A stretch of 64,000 nucleotides of DNA. It comes from Faecousia sp. GTDB lineage: Bacteria > Bacillota > Clostridia > Oscillospirales > Oscillospiraceae. Under the pieces are notes generated by a model. The model saw only the letters and a list, made by a program, of their open reading frames with translations. It had not been told where the DNA came from and made no database searches. The position numbers and the translations under genes were made by a program. The first letter of the stretch is position 1. Every line of letters begins with the position of its first letter. Where the stretch lies: positions 30,253 to 94,252 of the forward strand of contig JBJDYN010000160.1 in NCBI GenBank assembly GCA_051867395.1, read 5' to 3'. This document shows positions 1-8,603 of this stretch, piece by piece.

Positions 1-1311
1 GCGGATGTCGATGCCGTTTAAGAGGATTTGCCCCTCCTGGGGATCGTAGAGCCGGCACAGCAGCTTGATGAAGGTGGTCTTGCCGGAGCCGTTTTCCCCC
101 ACGATGGCCAGACGCTTGCCTACTTTAAATTTCATGGACACGTTTTTCAGCGCCCAGACTTCCGAGCCGGGGTAGCGGAAGGAGACGTTTTGGAATTCCA
201 CCTCATACTGCCGGTCGGAGCGCTTCTCCGTGGTCAGGCTGCCCTGGTACATGGCATTGGGGATGTCCAGGAATTGGAAGGTCTTTTCCAGATAGGGGGC
301 ATTGGTTTTCAGAATGCCGGTCAGAGCCGTCAGTTCAAAGATACTGCCGCACAAGGCTGTGGCCGCTCCCACATACTGGGTCACGCTGCCCACATCGAAG
401 GCGCCGCCCCAGGCTTTCAGACAGGTGAACACATACACAAATCCAGTGATCAGCACAGTAATGCCGGTTCCCAGTCCGCAGTAAATACCCATGGGGTTTG
501 CAATGGTGCCGCCTGCGCCAAAGGACATATTTTTATCCCAGTATGCACTGACCAACCTGTGCTGATCGTAGATCCGGATGTCCGCGTTTCTGCCTTTCTG
601 CGTCCCGATAAAGCCGAAGAAACTGAACAGGCGATTCCCAAATGTGGCTTCCTCCGCGGCGCTGCTCCAATAAGAGATGGCCTTGAGGTTGCATTTCCCC
701 GCCAGCCATGTGATGAACAGGATCAGCGCGGCCAGCACCGCGATAAAAACAGGGTGATTCAATACGGTCAGCACTCCGGCGGTTTCCGGAACGGGTGAGG
801 TGAACAGGCTTACCGTCAGGGCAATGCCGCTGAAAATGCCCACAATGCCCTTCAAGCTCTGCTCATAGACTTCCGGTGTCCGCATCAGGCCCCAGCCGGA
901 CCAGTTCTCATTTTGCCGGATCTGATCCCGGAGGTCGTGGGTCTCCTGCTTGTCGATATCCGCGTAGTCCAGGGAGAACATCTTCCGGACAAACAGCAGT
1001 TCCTTTCGTCCATACAGGTCGTCAAACAGGGTTTCGTTCCGCTGATACAGGAAAGCTTTCGCTACTGCGCCCAGCCCCGTGCAAAACACCCCGGCAGCCA
1101 CCCATTTCCACAGCACCTCGGCCCGGCGCAGGACCGCCAGCTCCTGCAGGATCTGGGCGGAGAAGAAAACCGTCACATAGGGCAGCAGCCCTGAAACGAT
1201 GGCATACAGGGTAATGACCGGAAACAGCTTGGGGCCGATCTTATGAAGCTCCTTCGCCGCCCGAGAATGCAGCTGAAAAGCGCGGCGCAGGCTTACCTTT
1301 TCTTCCTCCAT
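1..1311 (-). CDS. ABC exporter permease/ATP-binding protein, 3' end cut by the window edge
   Basis: Absent from the ORF track because it runs off the window. The reverse frame from ATG 1311-1309 (MEEEKVSLRRAF...) stays open to nt 1. It ends in a Walker A region, GKRLAIVGENGSGKTTFIKLLCRLYDPQEGQILLNGIDIR. Its start overlaps the stop of the upstream paralog by 1 nt. Confidence 0.85.
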   Translation of the reverse strand, partial: MEEEKVSLRRAFQLHSRAAKELHKIGPKLFPVITLYAIVSGLLPYVTVFFSAQILQELAVLRRAEVLWKWVAAGVFCTGLGAVAKAFLYQRNETLFDDLYGRKELLFVRKMFSLDYADIDKQETHDLRDQIRQNENWSGWGLMRTPEVYEQSLKGIVGIFSGIALTVSLFTSPVPETAGVLTVLNHPVFIAVLAALILFITWLAGKCNLKAISYWSSAAEEATFGNRLFSFFGFIGTQKGRNADIRIYDQHRLVSAYWDKNMSFGAGGTIANPMGIYCGLGTGITVLITGFVYVFTCLKAWGGAFDVGSVTQYVGAATALCGSIFELTALTGILKTNAPYLEKTFQFLDIPNAMYQGSLTTEKRSDRQYEVEFQNVSFRYPGSEVWALKNVSMKFKVGKRLAIVGENGSGKTTFIKLLCRLYDPQEGQILLNGIDIR

Positions 1312-3125
1312 CAGAATTCCCTCCCTTCCTGATAGTAGCGGCTCTGGACTTCGAACAGCTTCGCGTATGCGCCGTTCAAAGCCAGCAGACTTTCGTGGGT
1401 CCCTTCCTCGGTGATGTGGCCGTCTGCCACGAAGAGGATCCGGTCACAGAACCGGGTGGAGGCCAGACGGTGGGAAATGAACAGGGAGGTTTTTCCCTTG
1501 GTCATATCGTTGTACTTTTGATAGATGTCGTTTTCGGCAATGGGGTCCAGGGCGGCGGTGGGCTCGTCCAGCACCAGAATAGGGCCGTCCTTATACAGGG
1601 CCCTTGCCAGCATCAGCCGCTGGGTCTGGCCGCCGGAGAACAGCACGCCGTCCAGATACACCTCCCGGCCCACATGGGTGTTCAGACCCTTGGGCAGCGC
1701 TGCCACGGTCTGGGTCAGGCCAGCCTTTTCCACGCAGTCGTCAATTCTTGCCCAGTCGATATTCTTGTTGGTCTGGGCGATGTTTTCCGCCACGGTCACA
1801 TCCAGGATGGAGAACTCCTGGAATACCGCGCTGAACAGGGCGTAGTATTCCCGGCGGTTGAACTCCCGAACATCCTGCCCGTTCAGCAGGACCCGGCCCT
1901 CGGTGGGGTCGAACAAGCCGCACAGCAGCTTGACCAGGGTGGTCTTGCCCGCGCCGTTGAAACCCACGATGGCCAGCTTCTCCCCGGGATGTACCGTCAG
2001 GTCCAACTGGTGGATGGTATCCTCCTCCGCACCGGGGTAGCGGAAGGACACGTTTTCCAGTCTCAGTTCATAACCGTCCGCCCAGGGCACAGCTTTGCCC
2101 TCTTCAAACCGGAAGGGCTCGGGGTACTCCAAAAACTCCCGGACGCAGGAGATGTCCAGACTTTCCTTGTGGAGCTTGGAAACCTGCTGCAATATCCCCA
2201 TGACCCAGCTGGTGAAGGTGGAGACCGCCGTGAAGTACAGCAAAAATTCTGGGACCCCCAGCCCCTCCTCCAGGGCCATGCGGATCAGGTAAACATAGGC
2301 AATGCCGTTTCTCGCCATGGTCAGCAGGGCCTCTGTAACGTCTGCCAGCAGCCGCATCCGCTCCACCCGGAACCGGAAATCCAGGTACACGTTATGTACA
2401 TGGTCGATCAGCTCGTCCAGCCAGTCCTGCAGGCCAAAGAGCCGAATGTCCTTGGCAATGGTCACGGACTCCGCTTTGTCCCGGATGTAGCGCTTTTGGG
2501 CGTAATACTTGTCCTCCGCTTCCCGGTGGGCAAATACCCAGTTGTTGGTATACCGGGACACCAGGAAGCCCACCACACAGGTAGCGATGACCGCCAGCAG
2601 CAGAAGCCCATCCAGGTTAGACAAAATCGTCAGGTACACCAGAAACCCGCCCACATTCTGCAGCAGGCAGGTCAGGGTAGCCCAGATGTGTTCCGTGGCT
2701 GCCCGGTTGTTTTCCGTCGCCATGTGGGCCTTTTCCCGGAGCTTGATGAAGTCCGGGTCCAGGGTGTTGGGGAAGGAGGTCATATTGCACTTTTGACCAA
2801 TTTTTCCGATGATGACGGTGCGCACATCGACCCGGGGAAACATGACGTTCTGATCAATATATTCCTTCAAGCCCGTGGTCAGAAACAGTGCGGCGGTAAA
2901 GAAGCCGATGGTGGCAATCAGCTCTCCCAAAGGCACCCTTTGCTCCACTCTTGTCAGGATCTGGGGCGCGATGTACAGCTGCGTCAGATTGTACAGAATT
3001 TCCAGCGCAGCGGTCAGCAGGCAGAAAAAGATCACCCGTTTTCTGGTTTTCCAGGCGATATCCACCATCCACGCCACATTTTGGCCGATACCGTATTTCG
3101 GCTTTTTGGTTTCGTTCATATTCAT
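1311..3125 (-). CDS. ABC exporter permease/ATP-binding protein (partner of the downstream paralog)
   Basis: The 619-aa ORF is trimmed to the MNMNETKK start. It has an N-terminal 6-TM domain. Motifs are Walker A GFNGAGKTTL, signature FSGGQTQRL and Walker B ILVLDEPTAALD. Confidence 0.9.
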   Translation of the reverse strand: MNMNETKKPKYGIGQNVAWMVDIAWKTRKRVIFFCLLTAALEILYNLTQLYIAPQILTRVEQRVPLGELIATIGFFTAALFLTTGLKEYIDQNVMFPRVDVRTVIIGKIGQKCNMTSFPNTLDPDFIKLREKAHMATENNRAATEHIWATLTCLLQNVGGFLVYLTILSNLDGLLLLAVIATCVVGFLVSRYTNNWVFAHREAEDKYYAQKRYIRDKAESVTIAKDIRLFGLQDWLDELIDHVHNVYLDFRFRVERMRLLADVTEALLTMARNGIAYVYLIRMALEEGLGVPEFLLYFTAVSTFTSWVMGILQQVSKLHKESLDISCVREFLEYPEPFRFEEGKAVPWADGYELRLENVSFRYPGAEEDTIHQLDLTVHPGEKLAIVGFNGAGKTTLVKLLCGLFDPTEGRVLLNGQDVREFNRREYYALFSAVFQEFSILDVTVAENIAQTNKNIDWARIDDCVEKAGLTQTVAALPKGLNTHVGREVYLDGVLFSGGQTQRLMLARALYKDGPILVLDEPTAALDPIAENDIYQKYNDMTKGKTSLFISHRLASTRFCDRILFVADGHITEEGTHESLLALNGAYAKLFEVQSRYYQEGREF

Positions 3126-3371
3126 CACCTCGTGACGATACTCTATCACAAAAATCCGCCCCCGGCACATTCCGGGGACGAACCGTTCAAATCCGGGGAC
3201 GAACTGTAAATCAGTGTGGAGTGTAGAGAGTGGAGTGTGGAGTTATTCTCAGAAAAACCGGCTCCGTACCATCCAACGAAAAAGTGGAAAACGACCCCAT
3301 GGCGGGTGCTACAGGTTACATGGTACGAGGCAAGTTTCCTTTCACACCACTCTCCAAACTCCACTCTCATC

Positions 3372-4034
3372 TCAGCTTTGCGGTATTAGAATCTCTGTAG
3401 TAAAAGCTCCGTCTTCGCTGTTGCGGCTTAAGTAACCGTCCAAGCGCTCAATGATGTTGTCGATGCGCACCAGGCCGAAGCCGTGGCCCTCGCCTTTGGT
3501 GGTCCGGAACCGCTTGCCCACCTTGGGAAGCTTTTTGGCGGCGGTGAAGTTGGTAAAGGAGATGTACAGCTGGGAGCCTTTCATATCCATGTACACCCGG
3601 ATCAGGCGCTGGTCTTCGGGCAGGGCCAGGCTGGCATCGATGGCGTTGTCAAAGAGGTTGCCCAGAATGCAGCACAGGTCCAGCTCCGACATTTTAAGCC
3701 GTACCGGAATGTGGGCATCCACCTGGACGGGGATGCCCTTGGCCTTGGCCAGGGAGATTTTGCTGTTCAGGATCGCGTCCGCCATGGCGTTTCCGGTCTT
3801 CACCACAGTGTCCACGGTATTCAGGTCTGTATCCAGTTCATCCAGGTAGGCCTTGAGACCCTCCAGGTCCCCATTTGCCGCCAGCACCTTCATCATCTGG
3901 ATGTGGTTGCGGTAGTCATGCCGCCAGCCCCGGACCTGCCGGTACATATTTTCCACTTCCTGATAGTGGGTCGCAATCAGCTCCCGCTGGTAGGCGGCAA
4001 GGCGCTTGTCGATCTGTTTGGAAAGGAAGGACAT
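3372..4034 (-). CDS. Soluble GHKL-type sensor histidine kinase (LytTR-partner class), no transmembrane segment
   Basis: 220 aa. H-box WRHDYRNHIQ, N-box ILGNLFDNAIDA, G-box TTKGEGHGFGL. The protein begins directly in a coiled-coil DHp-like helix. AGGAGG lies 7 nt upstream. Confidence 0.8.
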   Translation of the reverse strand: MSFLSKQIDKRLAAYQRELIATHYQEVENMYRQVRGWRHDYRNHIQMMKVLAANGDLEGLKAYLDELDTDLNTVDTVVKTGNAMADAILNSKISLAKAKGIPVQVDAHIPVRLKMSELDLCCILGNLFDNAIDASLALPEDQRLIRVYMDMKGSQLYISFTNFTAAKKLPKVGKRFRTTKGEGHGFGLVRIDNIIERLDGYLSRNSEDGAFTTEILIPQS

Positions 4035-4049
4035 ATTGGGTCCTCCTGA

Positions 4050-4814
4050 TTATGCTATCCTGCAGGCCAGTTCAAAGGCCAGCAAAGCGATTTTCTCCTT
4101 GTCCTCCAGTCTGGCGGTTCCCGACAAGCTTCTGGGATCCCAGGAGGTGTGGTCCAGATTGTCCCCGGCGTAAAGAAAATGAAAAAACTCCACATTTCTG
4201 AAATTGCACATGGCCTGCATAGCGGCACATTCCATCTCTACGCAGACTGCCCCCATTTTCTTCCTGCTTTCAACCTTGGCTTTGGTTTCCCGGTAAAATG
4301 CATCCGTGCTCCAGGTAATGCCTTTGATATAGGGATAGCCAAATTCCTCCAGAACCGAAATAAAATCCTCCACATATTTTGTATTCACATCAATGTAGTC
4401 CCCGGCGGGGGCATAATGGTAGCTGGTGCCTTCGTCACGGATGGCCCTGGTGGGGATAATAATGCCGCAGTCTTTGATGCGCCTGTCCAGCACACCGCAG
4501 TTGCCCAGCAGGATGATCCGTTTTGCGCCCATTGGGATCACATCCTCAAAAGAGCCGACGCAGGCAGGCGCCCCCAATCTGGCTTTATAAAACGCGAAGC
4601 GTTTTCCTTTGTAGGAAACCTCGTACACAGGCCAGATCCCGTCTACATCATGGGTCTGTGCGATGACTTTCCCTCCGAGAAAATTCAGAACAGACGCAAA
4701 TAAATAATGGGAAAAAACGGAAACGACAGTTTCCGGAAAATCAGGTATCGCGTGATGTACCATATCAGGATCGATAATGGCATTTTTCGTTTCATCAAAT
4801 TGTAATAACAGCAT
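4050..4814 (-). CDS. Nucleoside phosphorylase, PNP/UDP-1 superfamily
   Basis: 254 aa. It has GNCGVLD and VEMECAAM motifs typical of uridine/purine nucleoside phosphorylase-like proteins. The gaps to the flanking regulator and kinase genes are 13-15 nt. Confidence 0.75.
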   Translation of the reverse strand: MLLLQFDETKNAIIDPDMVHHAIPDFPETVVSVFSHYLFASVLNFLGGKVIAQTHDVDGIWPVYEVSYKGKRFAFYKARLGAPACVGSFEDVIPMGAKRIILLGNCGVLDRRIKDCGIIIPTRAIRDEGTSYHYAPAGDYIDVNTKYVEDFISVLEEFGYPYIKGITWSTDAFYRETKAKVESRKKMGAVCVEMECAAMQAMCNFRNVEFFHFLYAGDNLDHTSWDPRSLSGTARLEDKEKIALLAFELACRIA

Positions 4815-4827
4815 TCTCTTAACTCCC

Positions 4828-5526
4828 TTATGTTTGCTGAATGATTGCCCGGTTCAGCGGCTCGTAGGCTCCTCTGGGCAGGGGCAGCACCGTGCCATCG
4901 GACAGGTGGACCTCGGTTTTCGTGACCTTCCGGATGAATTTCAGGTTCACGATCAGCCCCCGACCCACCCGGCAGAACCGCTGGTCCAGCTCCTTTTCGA
5001 ATTCGCCCAAAGAGCGCTTGACGGTGTAGTCCCGCTTGCCGTGGATGGTGACGTAATTCTGATGCACGTCCAGATAGCGGATCTCATAGAAGGGAATGCG
5101 CACCAGCTCCCCGTAGGCCTCCAGATTCAGACACCGCTCCTGCTGCATCCGCTTCTCTATAGCCCGGTCCAGGACGGACAGCAGCTTGTCCCGGTTCACA
5201 GGCTTCATCAGGTAATGCAGCGCCGCCACCTCGTACCCCTCCGCGATGTAGTCGGAGTAGCCGGTGATGAAGACGATCTGCACTGCCTCGTTGTCCTGCC
5301 GCACCCGTTTCGCCATGGTCATGCCGTCCATGGCTCCCATTTCGATATCCAGCAGGAGGATGTCAAAGGCCTTGTCCTCAGCGTATCGGAACAGGAAGCT
5401 TTCCGCCGAAGAGAACACTTCCACCTGAATGTCGATCTGACGCTGCTGCGCCCACTGCTCCAGAAGCTCCCGGACAAATTCCGCGTCCTCCCCGCTGTCG
5501 TCACAAATTGCCACCCGGTAGGCCAT
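4828..5526 (-). CDS. LytTR-family response regulator
   Basis: 232 aa. The receiver domain has VAICDD and LLLDIEM (phospho-Asp) motifs. The C-terminal LytTR DNA-binding domain includes IRYLDV...TIH.... Confidence 0.9.
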   Translation of the reverse strand: MAYRVAICDDSGEDAEFVRELLEQWAQQRQIDIQVEVFSSAESFLFRYAEDKAFDILLLDIEMGAMDGMTMAKRVRQDNEAVQIVFITGYSDYIAEGYEVAALHYLMKPVNRDKLLSVLDRAIEKRMQQERCLNLEAYGELVRIPFYEIRYLDVHQNYVTIHGKRDYTVKRSLGEFEKELDQRFCRVGRGLIVNLKFIRKVTKTEVHLSDGTVLPLPRGAYEPLNRAIIQQT

Positions 5527-5546
5527 GGCTTTCCCTCCTTGTTCTC

Positions 5547-6167
5547 TTATTCGCTTTTCATCTCCTCCGCGATCCTGTCCAGCAGCAGCGCTTTGGCGAA
5601 ATACATGGTCTCATAGCGGATATACATCCCGGCATTTTCGTCCCACATCAGCCGCAGGTTCGGCGGGAATTCTTCGTCACCCAGCCACAATTGGAGGGCA
5701 ACAGGCAGCCCGTCGAACATCTCAATGGCATAGGCGATATCCCCATTGGGAAGGGGCTTCCCACCCAGAGCGATGCAGGCCCGGCGAAACCCTTCCTGGT
5801 CTGCCTGGAACGCTTCCGCCCAGGGGTCCCGGGTGCCCTCCAGCAGATTTTGGTGGAACTGCAGTCCGAAGGCTGACATGTTTTTCCACCTGCCGCTGGG
5901 GCGGCGGTCCTCCCGGCTGTCGCAGACCAGATCCAGCAGGGTCATGACCTCCTCATAGCTGTTGGCATCCACCCAGGCCTCGCCATTGAACCGGTCGATA
6001 TCTCCCGTGGTGCGGCGGATTCGGTAGGTTTGGCAAAGCATGGGGACATAGAGAAAATCTTCATCCGCTTTCAGGTTTAATTTTCGGATCAGAGCCTGGG
6101 AATCGTAGGTCAGAAACCGCTGCTTCGCCTGACGTGCCTGGATCAGATAGTTGTTGGTTCGGGCCAT
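5547..6167 (-). CDS. DUF3786-like protein
   Basis: The ORF is trimmed to MARTNNYLIQARQ, with AGGAGG 7 nt upstream. The overall sequence recalls the DUF3786 family, from memory and unverified. It is the first gene of the regulator/PNP/kinase operon. Confidence 0.6.
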   Translation of the reverse strand: MARTNNYLIQARQAKQRFLTYDSQALIRKLNLKADEDFLYVPMLCQTYRIRRTTGDIDRFNGEAWVDANSYEEVMTLLDLVCDSREDRRPSGRWKNMSAFGLQFHQNLLEGTRDPWAEAFQADQEGFRRACIALGGKPLPNGDIAYAIEMFDGLPVALQLWLGDEEFPPNLRLMWDENAGMYIRYETMYFAKALLLDRIAEEMKSE

Positions 6168-6209
6168 GGAAGTGCCTCCTTTTTCGGAAAATTCTGCATT
6201 CACTATACC

Positions 6210-6240
6210 AGCTTCCGTCTGTAAACGCAAGACGGAAGCT
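6210..6240. promoter_or_regulatory. Perfect 11-bp inverted repeat in the divergent promoter region
   Basis: AGCTTCCGTCT-gtaaacgca-AGACGGAAGCT. It overlaps a minus-strand TTGCGT-17-TATAGT promoter candidate for the DUF3786 operon. Confidence 0.4.
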
Positions 6241-6274
6241 TCCGCAGATTGTACAGCTCTGTGTCCGAAAAGGA

Positions 6275-6303
6275 TTGACAACCCGAAAAAAACAGGCTAC
6301 AGT
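6275..6303 (+). promoter_or_regulatory. Sigma-A type promoter of the tetrapyrrole operon
   Basis: TTGACA (6275-6280), 17-nt spacer, TACAGT (6298-6303). Confidence 0.5.
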
Positions 6304-6318
6304 ATACCATAGATTTTA

Positions 6319-6381
6319 CAGCCTGCTCACGGCTTTTCCGCCTTCTCCGGGCAGAAAGCCGCAGGGCTGCTTCTTATTTTC
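6319..6381 (+). terminator. Leader stem-loop plus T-rich tract (possible attenuator) upstream of cbiK
   Basis: CAGCCTGC..CGGCTTT..loop..AAAGCCG CAGGGCTG followed by CTTCTTATTTTC. It starts about 10-15 nt after the predicted transcription start site. Confidence 0.4.
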
Positions 6382-6405
6382 TATGCGGGAAAGGGGACAC
6401 CATCC

Positions 6406-7188
6406 ATGAAAAACGTGATTCTGGCCGTGTCCTTCGGCACCGCCTATCCTGATGCATTGGAGTTGGCGATTTCTCCTACAGAGCAGGCTTTGGCCGCTGC
6501 CTGCCCAGGATGGACCCTGCGCCGGGCGTTTACCAGCGATACCATCCGCCGGAGACTTGCGGAGAAGCGTCTCGCGGTTGACAGCGTATCCCAGGCTATG
6601 GAGCGCTCGGCATCGGAGGGCGTCGCCCAAGTGGCAGTACAGCCCATCTATGTGACCCGGGGTGCCGAATACCAACGGCTCATGGATCAGCTGATATCAT
6701 ACCGGCAGCAGATGCGGATTGCTATGGGGGCGCCCCTCCTGTATACGGATGCGGACTTTGAAACCACTGCGGATGCGCTAATGGAATGGCTGCCGCCGTT
6801 GGAGAAGGAGGAAGCCCTCGTGCTTATGGGCCACGGCGGCGAGGGCTCCGGAAACGCTGCCTATGTCCGGTTGGAACAGGTCTTGCAAAGACGGTGTGAC
6901 AGGCTCTATGTGGCCGCTATGAAGGGAGAACCCACACTGGAAGCAATGAAGCAAACGCTTTCCCATCGGCCGAAGCTCCGGAACCTGATGCTGGCTCCTT
7001 TTCTGCTCACAGCAGGCGGTCATGCCAGGAAAGATTTGGTATCTTGGGAAGCGTCGCTGAGAAACGACGGATATTCGGTGCGCTGCGTCCATCGGGGACT
7101 TGGGGAATGTCCCCGGATAAGGGAATTGTTTGCTGCCCACTGTCTGGCGGCTGTGAAAACGCTGGATCATGAAGGAGGAAATCCATGA
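6406..7188 (+). CDS. cbiK: Sirohydrochlorin cobaltochelatase (CbiK type)
   Basis: 260 aa. It starts MKNVILAVSFGTAYP... and has an LVLMGHGGEG histidine motif. Its stop overlaps the hemA start (ATGA). Confidence 0.75.
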   Translation: MKNVILAVSFGTAYPDALELAISPTEQALAAACPGWTLRRAFTSDTIRRRLAEKRLAVDSVSQAMERSASEGVAQVAVQPIYVTRGAEYQRLMDQLISYRQQMRIAMGAPLLYTDADFETTADALMEWLPPLEKEEALVLMGHGGEGSGNAAYVRLEQVLQRRCDRLYVAAMKGEPTLEAMKQTLSHRPKLRNLMLAPFLLTAGGHARKDLVSWEASLRNDGYSVRCVHRGLGECPRIRELFAAHCLAAVKTLDHEGGNP

Positions 7189-8603
7189 ATCTAATCATGT
7201 CCGGCCTGGACTGCCACCGGGCGGCTATCGATTTGCGGGAACGTCTGGCCTTTTCCAGACAGCGTGTACTGGAACTTCTGGCCTGGCTCCGGCAGCAGCC
7301 GGGGGTGGAAGGGTGCGTGCTGCTGTCCACCTGTAACCGGACGGAGCTGTATGTAACCGGGTCCGCCCAGACCCCCTGGCGGCTGCTGTGCCATGGGGCA
7401 GGAGTGACGGAGACGGAGCTGGAACCCTATTTCACCACCCGCTGTGGAGAGGACGCAGCAAACCACCTGCTGGAGGTGGCCTGCGGGCTACATTCCCAGA
7501 TTCTGGGGGAGGACCAGATCATTACCCAGGTGCGCACCGCCATGGAGCTGGCCCAGGAGGCGAAAACCGCAGACCCCACCCTATCCGCCCTGTTCCGCAG
7601 GGCCGTCACCGCCGGGAAACGGGCCAGGACGGAGGTCACTGTGACCCGGGGCACCCCCTCCATGGGAAAGCGCTGCCAGGAGCTTCTGACCCAGGAGCTG
7701 GGTTCCTTGCCGGGAAAACGGATTCTGGTGGTGGGCAATGGGCAGATGGGCCGTCTTGCGGCGGAACTTCTGCAGCAGTCCGGGGCGCAGGTCCAGGTGA
7801 CTCTGCGCAGCTACCGCCATGGTGAAACGGTGGTTCCCGCCGGGTGCTCCGTAGTGGCCTTTGAAGACCGAATAAAAGCATTGGAGGGACTGGATGCTCT
7901 GGTTTCGGCAACGTCCAGTCCTCACTATACACTGACTTTGGCACAGCTGGAAACTGTAGCCAATCCTCCCAAGGTGGCCGTGGATCTGGCGGTGCCCAGG
8001 GACATTGACCCGGCCTGCGCCTGCCGTTTCCGGTGCTACGACACGGATGCCCTGGGCACTGGCGGCCCGGGCAGCCCGGAGGAATTGACGCAGATGCGCA
8101 CCATCGTCCGGGAGGAACTGGACAAGTTCCATAAATGGCAGCAGCGGCAGGCCGTATCGGATTGCGCGCCCCGGTTCCCGTTGTTTTTGAACCTCACCGG
8201 GAAAACCGTGGTACTGATTGGCGGCGGGAACATCGCGGCCCGGAGAATTGGCACCCTGCGGCTGTTCGGCTGTCAGATAAAAGTGATCGCCCCGGAGCTG
8301 AAATGCAAAGCTGACGGGCTCACCTGGCTCCGGCGGCCCTACCAGCCAGGAGATCTGGAAGGGGCCTTTCTCGCCATCGCCGCCACCGCAGACCGGCAGG
8401 TGAATCACGCGGTGTGGGAGGAAGCGTCTGGCAGGGGCATCCCCATATCCGTGGCAGACTGTGAAGCGGAGTGCAGCTTCTACTTCCCCGCCATCTGTGC
8501 AGGGGAGGACCTGATCGCGGGAGTGGTATCCACTGGAAAGGACCACCACAAAACCGCTCGGGCGGCAAAAGAAATCCGCCGGGTATTGGAGGAACTGGAA
8601 TGA
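7185..8603 (+). CDS. hemA: Glutamyl-tRNA reductase fused to a precorrin-2 dehydrogenase (SirC/Met8-like) domain
   Basis: The N-terminal ~325 aa is HemA (LLSTCNRTELYV, VVGNGQMGRLAA). The C-terminal ~145 aa is a SirC-like Rossmann domain (FLNLTGKTVVLIGGGNIAARR...). Confidence 0.85.
   Translation: MNLIMSGLDCHRAAIDLRERLAFSRQRVLELLAWLRQQPGVEGCVLLSTCNRTELYVTGSAQTPWRLLCHGAGVTETELEPYFTTRCGEDAANHLLEVACGLHSQILGEDQIITQVRTAMELAQEAKTADPTLSALFRRAVTAGKRARTEVTVTRGTPSMGKRCQELLTQELGSLPGKRILVVGNGQMGRLAAELLQQSGAQVQVTLRSYRHGETVVPAGCSVVAFEDRIKALEGLDALVSATSSPHYTLTLAQLETVANPPKVAVDLAVPRDIDPACACRFRCYDTDALGTGGPGSPEELTQMRTIVREELDKFHKWQQRQAVSDCAPRFPLFLNLTGKTVVLIGGGNIAARRIGTLRLFGCQIKVIAPELKCKADGLTWLRRPYQPGDLEGAFLAIAATADRQVNHAVWEEASGRGIPISVADCEAECSFYFPAICAGEDLIAGVVSTGKDHHKTARAAKEIRRVLEELE

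Noticed and set aside
1395-3209. Long antisense ORFs opposite well-supported genes. Examples are 1395-3209 +, 9369-10157 -, 11895-13211 -, 13219-14379 -, 31577-32851 +, 36058-37776 -, 40761-43070 -, 46186-47118 -, 60695-61909 - and 62321-63727 -.
   Set aside because: These are shadow ORFs typical of GC-rich DNA. Their translations are low-complexity (rich in G/R/P/H/Q/L) with no recognisable motifs. The opposite strand in each case encodes a protein with clear family signatures and a proper ribosome-binding site.
3214-3368. CRISPR array as an explanation for the short tandem repeats.
   Set aside because: The repeat unit is 7 nt with no spacers. The arrays are 20-50 nt long and come in inverted pairs. 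No cas genes are present in the window.
6281-6405. Cobalamin riboswitch upstream of cbiK.
   Set aside because: The leader is only ~95 nt long. I find no B12-box-like GCCACTG core or the multi-stem aptamer. Only a simple terminator-like hairpin is present.
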